Made by a program: the position numbers and the translations under genes. A DNA stretch of 64,000 nt from Candidatus Magasanikiibacteriota bacterium (GTDB taxonomy: Bacteria; Patescibacteriota; Patescibacteriia; Magasanikbacterales; UBA922). Below, one piece after another: positions 46,792-55,777 of the stretch (within the stretch, counting starts at the first letter, position 1; each line of letters opens with the position of its first letter). The stretch is from the NCBI GenBank assembly GCA_041674805.1, contig JBAYVA010000001.1, positions 198,612 to 262,611 on the forward strand. The letters are read 5' to 3'. The notes below the pieces were generated by a model. It was not told the DNA's origin. It saw only the letters and a list, made by a program, of their open reading frames with translations, and searched no databases.

Positions 46792-46794
46792 AAA

Positions 46795-47070
46795 TTAGCA
46801 TTTACTACCACAACCACATCTACTACTTTTTGCTGTGTTATTCAAGATATCTTTTATTTCACTAACATCGGGAACACAACCATAGCTCAATATTTGTTCA
46901 TCAATAACAAGCGCTGGAGTACTCATAATTCCGTAATCCATAATCAGACCCATATCAGTAATTTTTTCTATGATAGCTTCTTGTAAATTTAAATCTGCTA
47001 TTGCTTTTTTGGTGTTTTCTTCCAATCTTTTACAATTGGCACAACCTGAACCAAGAATTTTTATGAGCAT
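46795..47070 (-). CDS. Small thioredoxin-like redox-active disulfide protein
   Basis: IKILGSGCANC...YGIMSTPALVID. Confidence 0.88.
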   Translation of the reverse strand: MLIKILGSGCANCKRLEENTKKAIADLNLQEAIIEKITDMGLIMDYGIMSTPALVIDEQILSYGCVPDVSEIKDILNNTAKSSRCGCGSKC

Positions 47071-47071
47071 A

Positions 47072-47383
47072 TTATTTTTTTAGTATTAAATTAAAATTAG
47101 TTAAATATTTATCCAAAACTTTGTGATTTAATTCGTAATAAACTTTTAAGCCTTGTTTTTCTGATTTTATTAACTCAAATTTCTTCAACACGCTTAGATG
47201 GTGCGAAACAAGATTTTGTGACAAGTCTAGATTGGGCCAGATTTCGCAGACGCATTTTGGTCCACTTTTCAAAATACACAAAATACGCATTCTGTTTTCT
47301 TCAGAAATTATTTTCAAAAAATCTACGGTCTTTTTTAAATCGTTACTTATTTTTTTGTTACTACAACATTTTACTTTTGGCAT
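47072..47383 (-). CDS. arsR: ArsR/SmtB family repressor
   Basis: RMRIL...KCVCEI...SQNLVSHHLSVLK...VYY. Confidence 0.88.
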   Translation of the reverse strand: MPKVKCCSNKKISNDLKKTVDFLKIISEENRMRILCILKSGPKCVCEIWPNLDLSQNLVSHHLSVLKKFELIKSEKQGLKVYYELNHKVLDKYLTNFNLILKK

Positions 47384-47459
47384 AATATTTTGTTAGACTA
47401 TATCAATATACATTGATATAATAATACAACATAATGTTTTTTGTTGCAAGTTTTGGACA

Positions 47460-47527
47460 TAAAAAAGAACGTGATAAAATCACGTTCTTTTTGGCTCTCT
47501 GTATGGGACGATGTCGGAATTTTTTTA
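47460..47527. repeat. ~68-bp direct repeat, copy 1
   Basis: AAAAAAGAACGTGA-N5-TCACGTTCTTTTT followed by GGCTCTCTGTATGGGAcGAtGTcGGAA; second copy at 48566-48635. Confidence 0.88.
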
Positions 47528-47539
47528 AATTAATTATAC

Positions 47540-47568
47540 TTGACAAAATTATAAATTTATTGTATATT
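47540..47568 (+). promoter_or_regulatory. Sigma70 promoter
   Basis: TTGACA-N17-TATATT. Confidence 0.6.
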
Positions 47569-47602
47569 TAGCCAAATTAACTAATAATTTAAATATAATT
47601 GT

Positions 47603-48550
47603 ATGGGATCAATACTAGCAAAAGGGGCTATCCTTTTCAGCATTACCTTACTTATTACGGGATGTAATGTGGACGTCGGCTCAAAACTAAATACTGAAAC
47701 AAAAGAAAACCTGGATTCAACTGTAGTTGAAAATCAAGATTCAATTAAAGAAGACACTAAAAAAGAATCTAACATCGTAGAGACTGGTGAAGACAAAGTA
47801 TCTTCTGATGTAGAGGAGGAATCTAAAATCGAAGAAGCTAATAAAGAAGAAAAAACTTCGGCTACTCCAACAAAGACATCTCAAACAGTCCAAGTTGTTA
47901 TCAAAGATAAACAAGGAAATGAATTATATAATGATTTTTCTGTTGCTTTTGAAGAAAAAGAAACGGGTAAACAGATTCGTAAATTTCCTACAGGTAAAAT
48001 GCTAGTTTTTTCCAATGTTCCTGTTGGGGAATATAATTTAATTGTACATCCTGTGGTAAGAGATAGTTACACAGAAACAATATATAAATATCAAAAGATG
48101 GATATTTCAATTCTTGGAGATAGTAATGAAGATGTAAGAACAATTGTAATTACAGCTGAAGATAAACCAGAGGAACAAACAGAATCTTCTAGTACTTCTC
48201 AAGAATCTCAAGCTAGTGATAATACTAATGATGTAGCTCCTAGTGTAGCAACAAAAACGTCTCAAACATTTCAAATTATAATTAAAGATTCACAAGGAAA
48301 TGAAATATACGATAGATTTACTGTTGCCTTTGAAGAAAAAAGTACAGGTAAACAAATACGTAAATTCCCTACAGGAAGTATGCTTATTTTTTCTAAGGTC
48401 CCTGCTGGAGAATATAACTTACTTATAAGTCCTGTATTAAAAGTAGGTGAAACAGAAACAATATACAAATCACAAAAGATGGATGTTTCAGTTCCTGGAG
48501 ATAGTAATGAAGATGTAAGGACACTTGTAGCAATGGCTGAAGTCAAATAA
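47603..48550 (+). CDS. Putative lipoprotein with a duplicated ~95-aa beta-rich domain
   Basis: LLITGC lipobox; TKTSQT...FEEK.TGKQIRKFPTG...GDSNEDVRT occurs twice. Confidence 0.8.
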   Translation: MGSILAKGAILFSITLLITGCNVDVGSKLNTETKENLDSTVVENQDSIKEDTKKESNIVETGEDKVSSDVEEESKIEEANKEEKTSATPTKTSQTVQVVIKDKQGNELYNDFSVAFEEKETGKQIRKFPTGKMLVFSNVPVGEYNLIVHPVVRDSYTETIYKYQKMDISILGDSNEDVRTIVITAEDKPEEQTESSSTSQESQASDNTNDVAPSVATKTSQTFQIIIKDSQGNEIYDRFTVAFEEKSTGKQIRKFPTGSMLIFSKVPAGEYNLLISPVLKVGETETIYKSQKMDVSVPGDSNEDVRTLVAMAEVK

Positions 48551-48565
48551 ATATAAAAAGATATA

Positions 48566-48635
48566 TAAAAAAGAACGTGACAAAATCACGTTCTTTTTTG
48601 GCTCTCTGTATGGGATGAGGTTGGAACTTTTTTTA
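48566..48635. repeat. ~68-bp direct repeat, copy 2
   Basis: Matches 47460-47527 with few mismatches. Confidence 0.88.
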
Positions 48636-48710
48636 CAAACAAAAAACTAGTTATAAATAGCTGATTTTGTTAGTGGGGGAGAGACTATTTTAAAGCTGAT
48701 ATTAAGAATT

Positions 48711-49703
48711 TTATTCAATTCTAGCGACTAAATCTTGTATTTTGAATGTTGTAAAGTATAAATCAGCACACTCTATAGCAAAAACTTCAATATCATCACG
48801 ACCGTGTTCATCCAGCAAATCACGAATATTATTTATTTCTTTTAGAGGTACACCAATAGCCTTAATTATTTCTGGTAAAATTGATCTCATAGTACGGACT
48901 TCATGTGCTGATCCTAGAGGGGGTTTTTGAAAAGGAATTTTATTTTTATCAAGACATAAAATAATTCCTATATTGTTTGGTATATCAGATTCACCATTTA
49001 GAAGGTTGTTTGCTGTTGTTTGAAAAGTAGTATCATTACGATAGCTTCTTGTCCAATTTCTAAGTTTATTTTCATATTTTGTAGCCCTTTCTTTTTTAAT
49101 ACCTACTCTTTGTTTGTGCTTTTTAATATATTCTAATCCTGCCTTTGAGATTTTTTCGGCACGAACTGAATCTGCCATAAAAAATCTAAAAAAATCATTT
49201 GGATCACCAAGTTGCCATTCTGGCTTATTGTCTTTTGTCATGTATTTTGCTGCAAACCATTTTGCATAAAAATAGCTACCAGCTAAAGATACACTTTCCA
49301 TATCACCATCAGGCATCCAAGGGTCTTCATGAATTTTCAAACCTTCATCTAGAATTTTTTCAAAAAGTTGAACTGTATTAGGGGTATCTTGTTGATCAGT
49401 ACTATATTTGTCCCTATCATATTTATAAAAACCTGTACCATGATATAATAAATCTTTTTTTAATCCTTCTTCTGGTGTGCCAAAAAGTTTTTCTAGTTGT
49501 TTTTTTTGTTCTTTATAAGCTGTATTGACTTCTGGACTTGGAAGTCCTTCTACATCTAAATATTCTATGATTTTTTTATCAAGTAATTCGGGTGTTCGTA
49601 TTCTTATCATTTCTAAAAGAAATTGTTTATTTTGTTCGTGTGTAGATTCTAGGAGTTCTTCTCCTGTTGCGAGCATATGCTCATATCTAGCTCTTTCACC
49701 CAT
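48711..49703 (-). CDS. Hypothetical protein, possible ADP-ribosyltransferase-like fold
   Basis: LLYHGT...KILDEGLK...SVSLAGSYFYAKWFA...HEVRTMRSILPEII. Confidence 0.6.
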   Translation of the reverse strand: MGERARYEHMLATGEELLESTHEQNKQFLLEMIRIRTPELLDKKIIEYLDVEGLPSPEVNTAYKEQKKQLEKLFGTPEEGLKKDLLYHGTGFYKYDRDKYSTDQQDTPNTVQLFEKILDEGLKIHEDPWMPDGDMESVSLAGSYFYAKWFAAKYMTKDNKPEWQLGDPNDFFRFFMADSVRAEKISKAGLEYIKKHKQRVGIKKERATKYENKLRNWTRSYRNDTTFQTTANNLLNGESDIPNNIGIILCLDKNKIPFQKPPLGSAHEVRTMRSILPEIIKAIGVPLKEINNIRDLLDEHGRDDIEVFAIECADLYFTTFKIQDLVARIE

Positions 49704-49819
49704 AAAATTATTGTTATTTTTTATACTTTAATATATTCTACCATTTTTTAAAAAATAAATCTAAGTATTTTATATTTATATAACAAAAAAACGCTAATTA
49801 AAGCGTTTAAATGTGTTTG

Positions 49820-50321
49820 CTCGGCGAGTGGGGCTCGAACCCACGACCCACTGGTTACAGTTTCCTCTCTCTTTCGAAAAAGACTGGACTATTTCATCAC
49901 CCATGCCATAAGCCCCGATAAATCGGGGAGCATTAAGGGTGCGGAGCGCTTCGAATCCGTTTCTGCGAATCCTACTCCCACAAGGGGATAGTCTCTGAAC
50001 CTTCTTATTTTTTCAGAAGTATTTGTTTATAGACAAACCTTGAAAACAAGGATCTACAATTTATTACTTCAATTTTACCGAGGTAAAAATTTGAAAAGAT
50101 AAGCTTGGCTGCAGGTTGCCATCTTGACCTAAATCAAGAACAGGTTTCCTGTCTAACAAATCTATTTAGATCTGCAGTTTCTGCTATTACAATTAAGTAA
50201 GACAGAACAGTTCACTCCGTTGGCACTGTGGTGTTTCCACCGCAGGCTGCTATATTTAATTCCAATAAATCAGAATTACTTCTTTTAACAGCCAGTTGCT
50301 CTACCGCTGAGCTACCGCCGA
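49820..50321 (-). tRNA. tRNA-Asn(GUU) split by a group I intron; exons 50321-50288 and 49857-49820
   Basis: Joined exons give TCGGCGG-TA-GCTCAGCGGTAGAGC-A-ACTGG-CTGTTAA-CCAGT-GGGTC-GTGGG-TTCGAGC-CCCAC-TCGCCGA-G, a complete cloverleaf with U1-A72 and G73; CCA not encoded. Confidence 0.93.
49858..50287 (-). ncRNA. Group I self-splicing intron (430 nt) inserted at tRNA position 35/36
   Basis: 5' exon ends in U and the intron ends in G; IGS GCAGCC pairs with exon GGCUGU (U.G wobble); Q-like GGCAACCTGCAGCCAAGC, R TTCAGAGACTAT, S GAAATAGTCC, and a terminal GAAA-loop hairpin. Confidence 0.9.
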
Positions 50322-50381
50322 ATTTGAATTGTAAATATTTTTTGTATAACTCTGTACGTTTTAACTCCCGACAAGTCGGGA

Positions 50382-50415
50382 CTATCGCTGAGCTACCGCC
50401 GAATATTTGAATTGT
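50382..50415 (-). repeat. Duplicated 5' fragment of tRNA-Asn plus leader
   Basis: ctatcgctgagctaccgccgaatatttgaattgt versus ctaccgctgagctaccgccgaatttgaattgt at 50301-50332; abuts palindrome TCCCGACAAGTCGGGA (50366-50381). Confidence 0.8.
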
Positions 50416-50620
50416 GCTTATTTTATTACAAATAAACCGCTAAAAGTATAACATAGTGTTTTTTCTTTGTCAATAAAAAAGTTGTCCACTGCTTTTTTGT
50501 CTAAAACAAGATTATTTAGCTATTTTTTGTGTATAAATGGAAATAGACAAAATGACAAAAAAGTTATAAAATAGATAAGCTCATATAAAATAAAAAAGTT
50601 TTGCAAAATTTTCACAATTT

Positions 50621-51844
50621 ATGCGTAAACAATATATTATTCTTCCTGTTTTTCTTATTCTAGTTTTGTCTGGAAGTTTTTTTATTTTTGTAGAGAAGGA
50701 TGAAGTAAAAAAAGAAGCTACAACTACTTATGCCGAAGAAACCAAAGGTATTCAAGTAGAACAAAATTATGATATCAAAACTCATATTGTTAGTGAAAAT
50801 GAAACTTTTGCCGATATTATGCAAAATGAATTTGCTATCAATTACAATCAAATGTTAGATATTTTGGAAGTCGCATCTTCTACTTATGATTTAACAAAAA
50901 TAAAAGTAGGACAGCCATTGCGTCTAGCCAAAGATGAAAGTAACAAAAATATTTATTTAGAATACGAACTTGGTAAAGAAAGTTATATTCATATTGATTT
51001 TTTACTTGACAATAATTTTAAAATAGAAAAAAAGTCTATTAGTTATGATACAAAAGTTATCAAACAAAGTGCCAGTATCAATAACTCTATGTATTTGGAT
51101 GGTTTAGCTCAAAATATTCCTGAAGGAGTGATTATTGAATTTGCTGATATTTTTGCTTGGACTATAGATTTTTCCGTACAAGTTCAAAAAGATGATAAAT
51201 TTGAAATACTCTATGAACAAAGATTTCGAGATGGCAAAGAAGCTGGCTATGGTCGTATTTTGGCAGGAAAATTTGTAAATAGTGGCAAAATTTTTACTGC
51301 CTATTTATTTGAAGATGCTGAAGGCAAAGCAACATATTATAGTGCCGAAGGAGAAAATTTACAAAAACAATTTTTGAAAGCACCACTAGAATTCAAAAGA
51401 ATAACTTCTGGTTATACTTACGCTCGTTTTGATCCTATCAATTATACTAAACAAAAACATCTAGCTATTGATTATGCTGCACCAATAGGCACACCGGTTA
51501 TGTCAGTAGGGGATGGTACTGTGGAATTTGTAGGTTGGAACAATCAAGGCTTTGGTAATTTTATCAGTATTCATCACAATGATACTTATACTACTCAATA
51601 TGCTCATTTGTCAGGTTTTGCCAAAGGTCTAAAAAAAGGTGATCAAGTTGTACAAGGTGAAGTTATTGGTTATGTTGGTAGCACCGGACATTCTACTGGC
51701 CCACATTTACATTATCAGATAAAAGAAAATGGAGCATTGGTGAATCCGATGAATCTTGATTTGCCAGCTGGTGATCCTGTGCCTGAAGAAAAACGCAGTG
51801 AGTTTAAAAAAATTGTTGCAGAGTATAATGATTTGATGAAATAA
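50621..51844 (+). CDS. M23 family peptidoglycan endopeptidase (MepM-like)
   Basis: HLAIDYAAPIGTPV, YAHL and GHSTGPHLHY motifs; N-terminal TM. Confidence 0.92.
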   Translation: MRKQYIILPVFLILVLSGSFFIFVEKDEVKKEATTTYAEETKGIQVEQNYDIKTHIVSENETFADIMQNEFAINYNQMLDILEVASSTYDLTKIKVGQPLRLAKDESNKNIYLEYELGKESYIHIDFLLDNNFKIEKKSISYDTKVIKQSASINNSMYLDGLAQNIPEGVIIEFADIFAWTIDFSVQVQKDDKFEILYEQRFRDGKEAGYGRILAGKFVNSGKIFTAYLFEDAEGKATYYSAEGENLQKQFLKAPLEFKRITSGYTYARFDPINYTKQKHLAIDYAAPIGTPVMSVGDGTVEFVGWNNQGFGNFISIHHNDTYTTQYAHLSGFAKGLKKGDQVVQGEVIGYVGSTGHSTGPHLHYQIKENGALVNPMNLDLPAGDPVPEEKRSEFKKIVAEYNDLMK

Positions 51845-51976
51845 ATAAGCAAATTAAGCAAGGTAAGCAGAATAGGCAGAATAAGTTGTAAGCCTCGTAA
51901 GCATATGTTTAATTAGAGAACCTTTCAAAAATATATTTAATAAAAAATAATTAATAACATTTAAATTTAAAACGCT

Positions 51977-52330
51977 ATGCAAGACATACAAGAAATTTTT
52001 AATAAAATAGAAGAATCAAAAAAAGAAATGAAAGATATCAAAGCTACTTACAAAGGTGCTTTGGAAAATGTACAAGAATACATGGAAATACAAGAACAAA
52101 TGAAAGCTTTACGTGAAAAGAAAAAACGTGTGGAAGAAACTGTCAAAGCTCAATTTGCTAGTGAAATTACCAAATTAGAAGATTTGAAAATTGATATAGA
52201 ATCAGATATGGAACTTTTGGCAGATATTGCTATTTCCAAAATCGCCAAAGGTGAAAGTATTGGTATCACAGACAAATATAGCAATGAATATGAACCTACT
52301 TTCAAAGTAAAATTCAAAAAAGTAACTTAA
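51977..52330 (+). CDS. Hypothetical coiled-coil protein
   Basis: 117-aa helical ORF ending YEPTFKVKFKK. Confidence 0.75.
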   Translation: MQDIQEIFNKIEESKKEMKDIKATYKGALENVQEYMEIQEQMKALREKKKRVEETVKAQFASEITKLEDLKIDIESDMELLADIAISKIAKGESIGITDKYSNEYEPTFKVKFKKVT

Positions 52331-52411
52331 ATTAGCTAAAAAATTATCCACATTTGACCATTTTTTTGAAAGTGAGATACTAGGTTGCAGTTAATTTTTA
52401 ATATAAAAAAT

Positions 52412-52642
52412 ATGACAGCAGTTGTCTATTCTACACCTAGTTGCCCATACTGCAACATGGCCAAAGATTATTTCAAAGCAAATAACGTAGATTTTGTTGA
52501 CTACAATGTAGTACAAGATTATGACAAGGCTGAAGAAATGGTCAAAAAATCAGGACAAATGGGCGTACCAGTTATTGATTTGAATGGTACTATCATTGTT
52601 GGTTTTGATAAAGCAAAAATCAATGCAATACTTGGATTATAA
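52412..52642 (+). CDS. Glutaredoxin/NrdH-like protein
   Basis: YSTPSCPYC and SGQMGVPVI motifs; ATG at 52412. Confidence 0.9.
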   Translation: MTAVVYSTPSCPYCNMAKDYFKANNVDFVDYNVVQDYDKAEEMVKKSGQMGVPVIDLNGTIIVGFDKAKINAILGL

Positions 52643-52889
52643 AACTAATTCAACAGATACAGCAAGAAATAAAAACGTTCTCAAAATTGAGAATGTTTTT
52701 GTTTATAAAGTCACAATGTAGATACTTTGCTAAATTAAAATTTTGTGTTAAAATATAGCAATCATTAAATCATTAAAATTTTCTAGATAATTTTTTAGAA
52801 TCAATTAAAAGTATTATTATCTAGAAATATTTATTTTAAAAAATGATCCCTCTCCGTCCTTCGGCGGTTCGGGATGACGGAAAAATATT

Positions 52890-53477
52890 ATGTCAAAAGA
52901 AATAGTATTAGATATTGAAACAATAGGGGATATACGTGAATTTGATAAACTTGAAGTCACTGTAGTTTCTATTTATGAATATGAAAACGATAAATATACT
53001 TCTTTTGAAAAACATGAATTAGGGAATTTGTGGCCAATACTAGAAAAAGCTGAAAGAATAATTGGTTTCAATAGTGAACATTTTGATTTGCCAATTTTAG
53101 ACAAATATTACGCTGGAAATTTGTTGGCTTTTCCTCAGCTGGATATGTTGAAAGTTGTCAAAGATATGAGTGGCAAAAGATATAAATTAAATGATCTTGC
53201 CAAAGCTACTTTGCAAATTGAAAAAAGTGCAGATGGTCTACAAGCTATAGAATGGTTCAAAGAAGGTAAGCTAGATGAAATCAAAAAATATTGTGAACAA
53301 GATGTCAAAGTTACTAAAGAACTTTATGAATATGGTAAGAAAAACAAGATGATTTATTTCCCAACTTTGACTGGAGAAATACAACCGATTGGAGTCAATT
53401 TTGATATGCCAGTACAAGCTACAAATTCATTTGGACAAGCTATTGGTGGAGGAATCAATTTGACATTGCCACTATAA
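52890..53477 (+). CDS. RNase H-like (YprB-type) DEDD exonuclease domain protein
   Basis: LDIET, IGFNSEHFD and YCEQDV motifs. Confidence 0.82.
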   Translation: MSKEIVLDIETIGDIREFDKLEVTVVSIYEYENDKYTSFEKHELGNLWPILEKAERIIGFNSEHFDLPILDKYYAGNLLAFPQLDMLKVVKDMSGKRYKLNDLAKATLQIEKSADGLQAIEWFKEGKLDEIKKYCEQDVKVTKELYEYGKKNKMIYFPTLTGEIQPIGVNFDMPVQATNSFGQAIGGGINLTLPL

Positions 53478-53598
53478 AAGCAGAATAAGCAGATTAAGAT
53501 TTTATAATAAAAAAATAGACTAAATAACTTAGTCTATTTTATTTTGAAAAGATGTGCCTCCGCCCGCGTTGTCTTGTCGACTCCGCGGGCGGTACTCC

Positions 53599-53736
53599 TT
53601 ACTTCTTCTGCGTGGCCTTTCCGGCCTTGGGGTTGTGTCCCCCAAAGGCGGTGACGACGAGGAAGAGGATCGGATAGGCGATAATGCCAATAATGATCAA
53701 GATGATCATCGCCAGCATCTTAAAAAAATCTACCAT
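53599..53736 (-). CDS. 45-aa single-TM peptide in a GC-rich islet (absent from the ORF track)
   Basis: MVDFFKMLAMIILIIIGIIAYPILFLVVTAFGGHNPKAGKATQKK; SD-like AAGGAGAGGGT before the ATG; G/C-ending codons; downstream CCGCCCGCG/CGCGGGCGG hairpin. Confidence 0.65.
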   Translation of the reverse strand: MVDFFKMLAMIILIIIGIIAYPILFLVVTAFGGHNPKAGKATQKK

Positions 53737-53850
53737 ACCCTCTCCTTGCTCCTCGCACCGCGCGAAGAACCTTCATATTTAACTACTTTTTTAATCGAAT
53801 GTCAATAAAAAAAGCAACTATGCTTGTGTAGTTGCTTTTATGTTTTCATG

Positions 53851-54495
53851 TCAACGTCCTTTCCTCACATTTCTATTTTCATATTCTATCATAATTTTTT
53901 CCATATCTTTTTCATTCAAATCTGGTAAAAATTTATCATAAAAAATAAATTCACTGTAAGCTGCTTGCCATAGACAAAAATTTGATAATCTTTGTTCGCC
54001 ACTAGTTCTGACAATCAAATCAAGAGGAGGAACTTCTAAATATTTTTCAAAATTATTTCCACCTTTTTTGACAGCGCGTCTGATTTCATCGTGACTACCA
54101 TAGTCTATACAAAGTATTAAATTGAATTTTTTAAAGTTTTTTGTTTTTTCTTCTAAGTTGGCTATTTTTTTGGCAAGAGAATTTGGTATTCTATCTTTTC
54201 TACCAGCGTGTATAAATTTTATTTTTTTTTCAATAATTTTTGATTCCCAATTATCACAAACTTCTTCAAACAGATTCATTAAATCTTTTATTTCCATCGG
54301 AGTTCTTTTCCAATTTTCAGTTGAAAAAGTGTATATTACTAATGTATCAAAATTTTTATGATTATAAAGATATTCTAAAATGACATCTTTTATAATGTCT
54401 TTAACTCTATGATAAGCTGCTAGAGCTGGTAGATTTTTATTTTTGGCCCAACGTCTATTGCCGTCAGCAATTAAACCAAATTTTAGTTTTGGCAT
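53851..54495 (-). CDS. uppS: cis-prenyltransferase (undecaprenyl diphosphate synthase)
   Basis: IADGNRRWA, FSTENWKR and DLIVRTSGEQRLSNF motifs. Confidence 0.93.
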   Translation of the reverse strand: MPKLKFGLIADGNRRWAKNKNLPALAAYHRVKDIIKDVILEYLYNHKNFDTLVIYTFSTENWKRTPMEIKDLMNLFEEVCDNWESKIIEKKIKFIHAGRKDRIPNSLAKKIANLEEKTKNFKKFNLILCIDYGSHDEIRRAVKKGGNNFEKYLEVPPLDLIVRTSGEQRLSNFCLWQAAYSEFIFYDKFLPDLNEKDMEKIMIEYENRNVRKGR

Positions 54496-54573
54496 AGGTA
54501 AGAGTACTGATTAGACAAATATTAAACGAAAAAACACAAATATAATCTGTATAAATCTGTTTGACTCAATGTT

Positions 54574-55260
54574 TTAAAATATCTCAAACTTAATATTCTT
54601 CATATCAACATTGCTATCAATCAATAATTTACGAATATCTTTGACCATGTCTGGACTACCACAAAGGTAAAATTGATTATTTTTTTTGTCAATTATTTTT
54701 TCTGGTAGATGAGCACTGACACGTCCACTGTTTCCTTTCCAATTTTCACTAGGTCTGGATAATGTAAAATCAAAAGAAAAATTTGTATATGTATTTGATA
54801 ATTCTTCTAATTCTTTTATATAAAAAATATCTTCTTCATATCTAATACCAAATAGTAAATAGATTTTACTTTTGTGGCCGTAGTCTTCCAAAGAAGTTCT
54901 TAGCATTGAGACTATTGGAGCGACGCCACTACCTGTGGCGACGTAAGTTCTTTCAATATCATTTTCGTTTATTATGAAATGTCCCATTGGATTAGAAATA
55001 TTTATTTTTTCTCCTACAATAACATTTTTGATAATTTCAGATGCTTGTCCACCTTCCAAACATTTGATACATAAGTCAATAGTTATATCACTTGGTTTGG
55101 AAAAAATAGAATAAGATCTTTTGATATCTGTAAAAAAGATTTGTAAAAATTGTCCAGGTAAAAAAGAATAATTTTCTGGTTTTTGTAATTTTAGGCAAAC
55201 AGTGTCTTTGTTTAAGTATTTTTTTTCTAATATTTGGCTTTGATAACTTGTTATATTCAT
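54574..55260 (-). CDS. FAD/NAD(P)-binding oxidoreductase (ferredoxin reductase-like)
   Basis: PGQF, RSYSI, ATGSGVAP, YLCGSPDMV and terminal FEIF motifs; divergent from the Fe-S operon. Confidence 0.85.
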   Translation of the reverse strand: MNITSYQSQILEKKYLNKDTVCLKLQKPENYSFLPGQFLQIFFTDIKRSYSIFSKPSDITIDLCIKCLEGGQASEIIKNVIVGEKINISNPMGHFIINENDIERTYVATGSGVAPIVSMLRTSLEDYGHKSKIYLLFGIRYEEDIFYIKELEELSNTYTNFSFDFTLSRPSENWKGNSGRVSAHLPEKIIDKKNNQFYLCGSPDMVKDIRKLLIDSNVDMKNIKFEIF

Positions 55261-55271
55261 ATTATACACAT

Positions 55272-55300
55272 TTGACAAAGGATTTAAAATATTATATCAT
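55272..55300 (+). promoter_or_regulatory. Sigma70 promoter of the Fe-S operon
   Basis: TTGACA-N17-TATCAT. Confidence 0.6.
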
Positions 55301-55364
55301 ACCACCCAAGTATAATATATCTTTTACTTATTAACCCATTTTTGGGATATAAAATTTATTTAAT

Positions 55365-55772
55365 ATGATTAGCATCAATCGACAAAGTGATTATGCAATA
55401 CAATTGGTCGTAGCTTTATCCAAAGTTAACGAAAAGGAACCATTAAGTCTTAGGAAATTCTCTACAGATAGTAACATATCTTTTCTCTTTTTGCAACGTA
55501 TTGCTAGATCACTAAAAAATGCAAAATTGATTGATTCTAATAGAGGTATGTATGGGGGTTATTTTTTAGTAAAAGATATCAAAAAAATTACTGTTAAAGA
55601 AATTATGGAAGGTGTGGAAGGAACTTTTGGAGTAACAGCTTGTTTCCGAGGTCATACTTGCCCTCGTTCTAAGACCTGTACTGCCAAACAAGTTTTGAAT
55701 AGTCTTAATCTACAATTAGATAAAATTTTATCTAATATGGTTGTTGCTGATTATATTGTTAAATCCAAATAA
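55365..55772 (+). CDS. Rrf2 family regulator (IscR-like, three Cys)
   Basis: SDYAI...SNRGMYGGYFL...EGVEG; C-x5-C-x5-C. Confidence 0.85.
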   Translation: MISINRQSDYAIQLVVALSKVNEKEPLSLRKFSTDSNISFLFLQRIARSLKNAKLIDSNRGMYGGYFLVKDIKKITVKEIMEGVEGTFGVTACFRGHTCPRSKTCTAKQVLNSLNLQLDKILSNMVVADYIVKSK

Positions 55773-55777
55773 AAGAT

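Noticed and set aside
47490-47520. Direct repeat as an exact duplicate of the tRNA-Asn 3' end (attL/attR)
   Set aside because: Similarity to TGCTCGGCGAGTGGGGCTCGAAC is weak; kept only as a generic att-like scar hypothesis.
50228-50410. 60-aa ORF or intron-encoded homing endonuclease
   Set aside because: Antisense to the tRNA and intron; the 430-nt intron has no room or motif for a LAGLIDADG, HNH or GIY-YIG ORF.
53554-53808. 84-aa plus-strand ORF
   Set aside because: GTG start with no RBS and odd composition; the minus-strand 45-aa ORF has an SD, biased codons and a coherent TM helix.
55301-55364. IscR/Rrf2 operator
   Set aside because: Only a weak palindrome (CCCA-TTTT-TGGG) with no convincing match to a known site.
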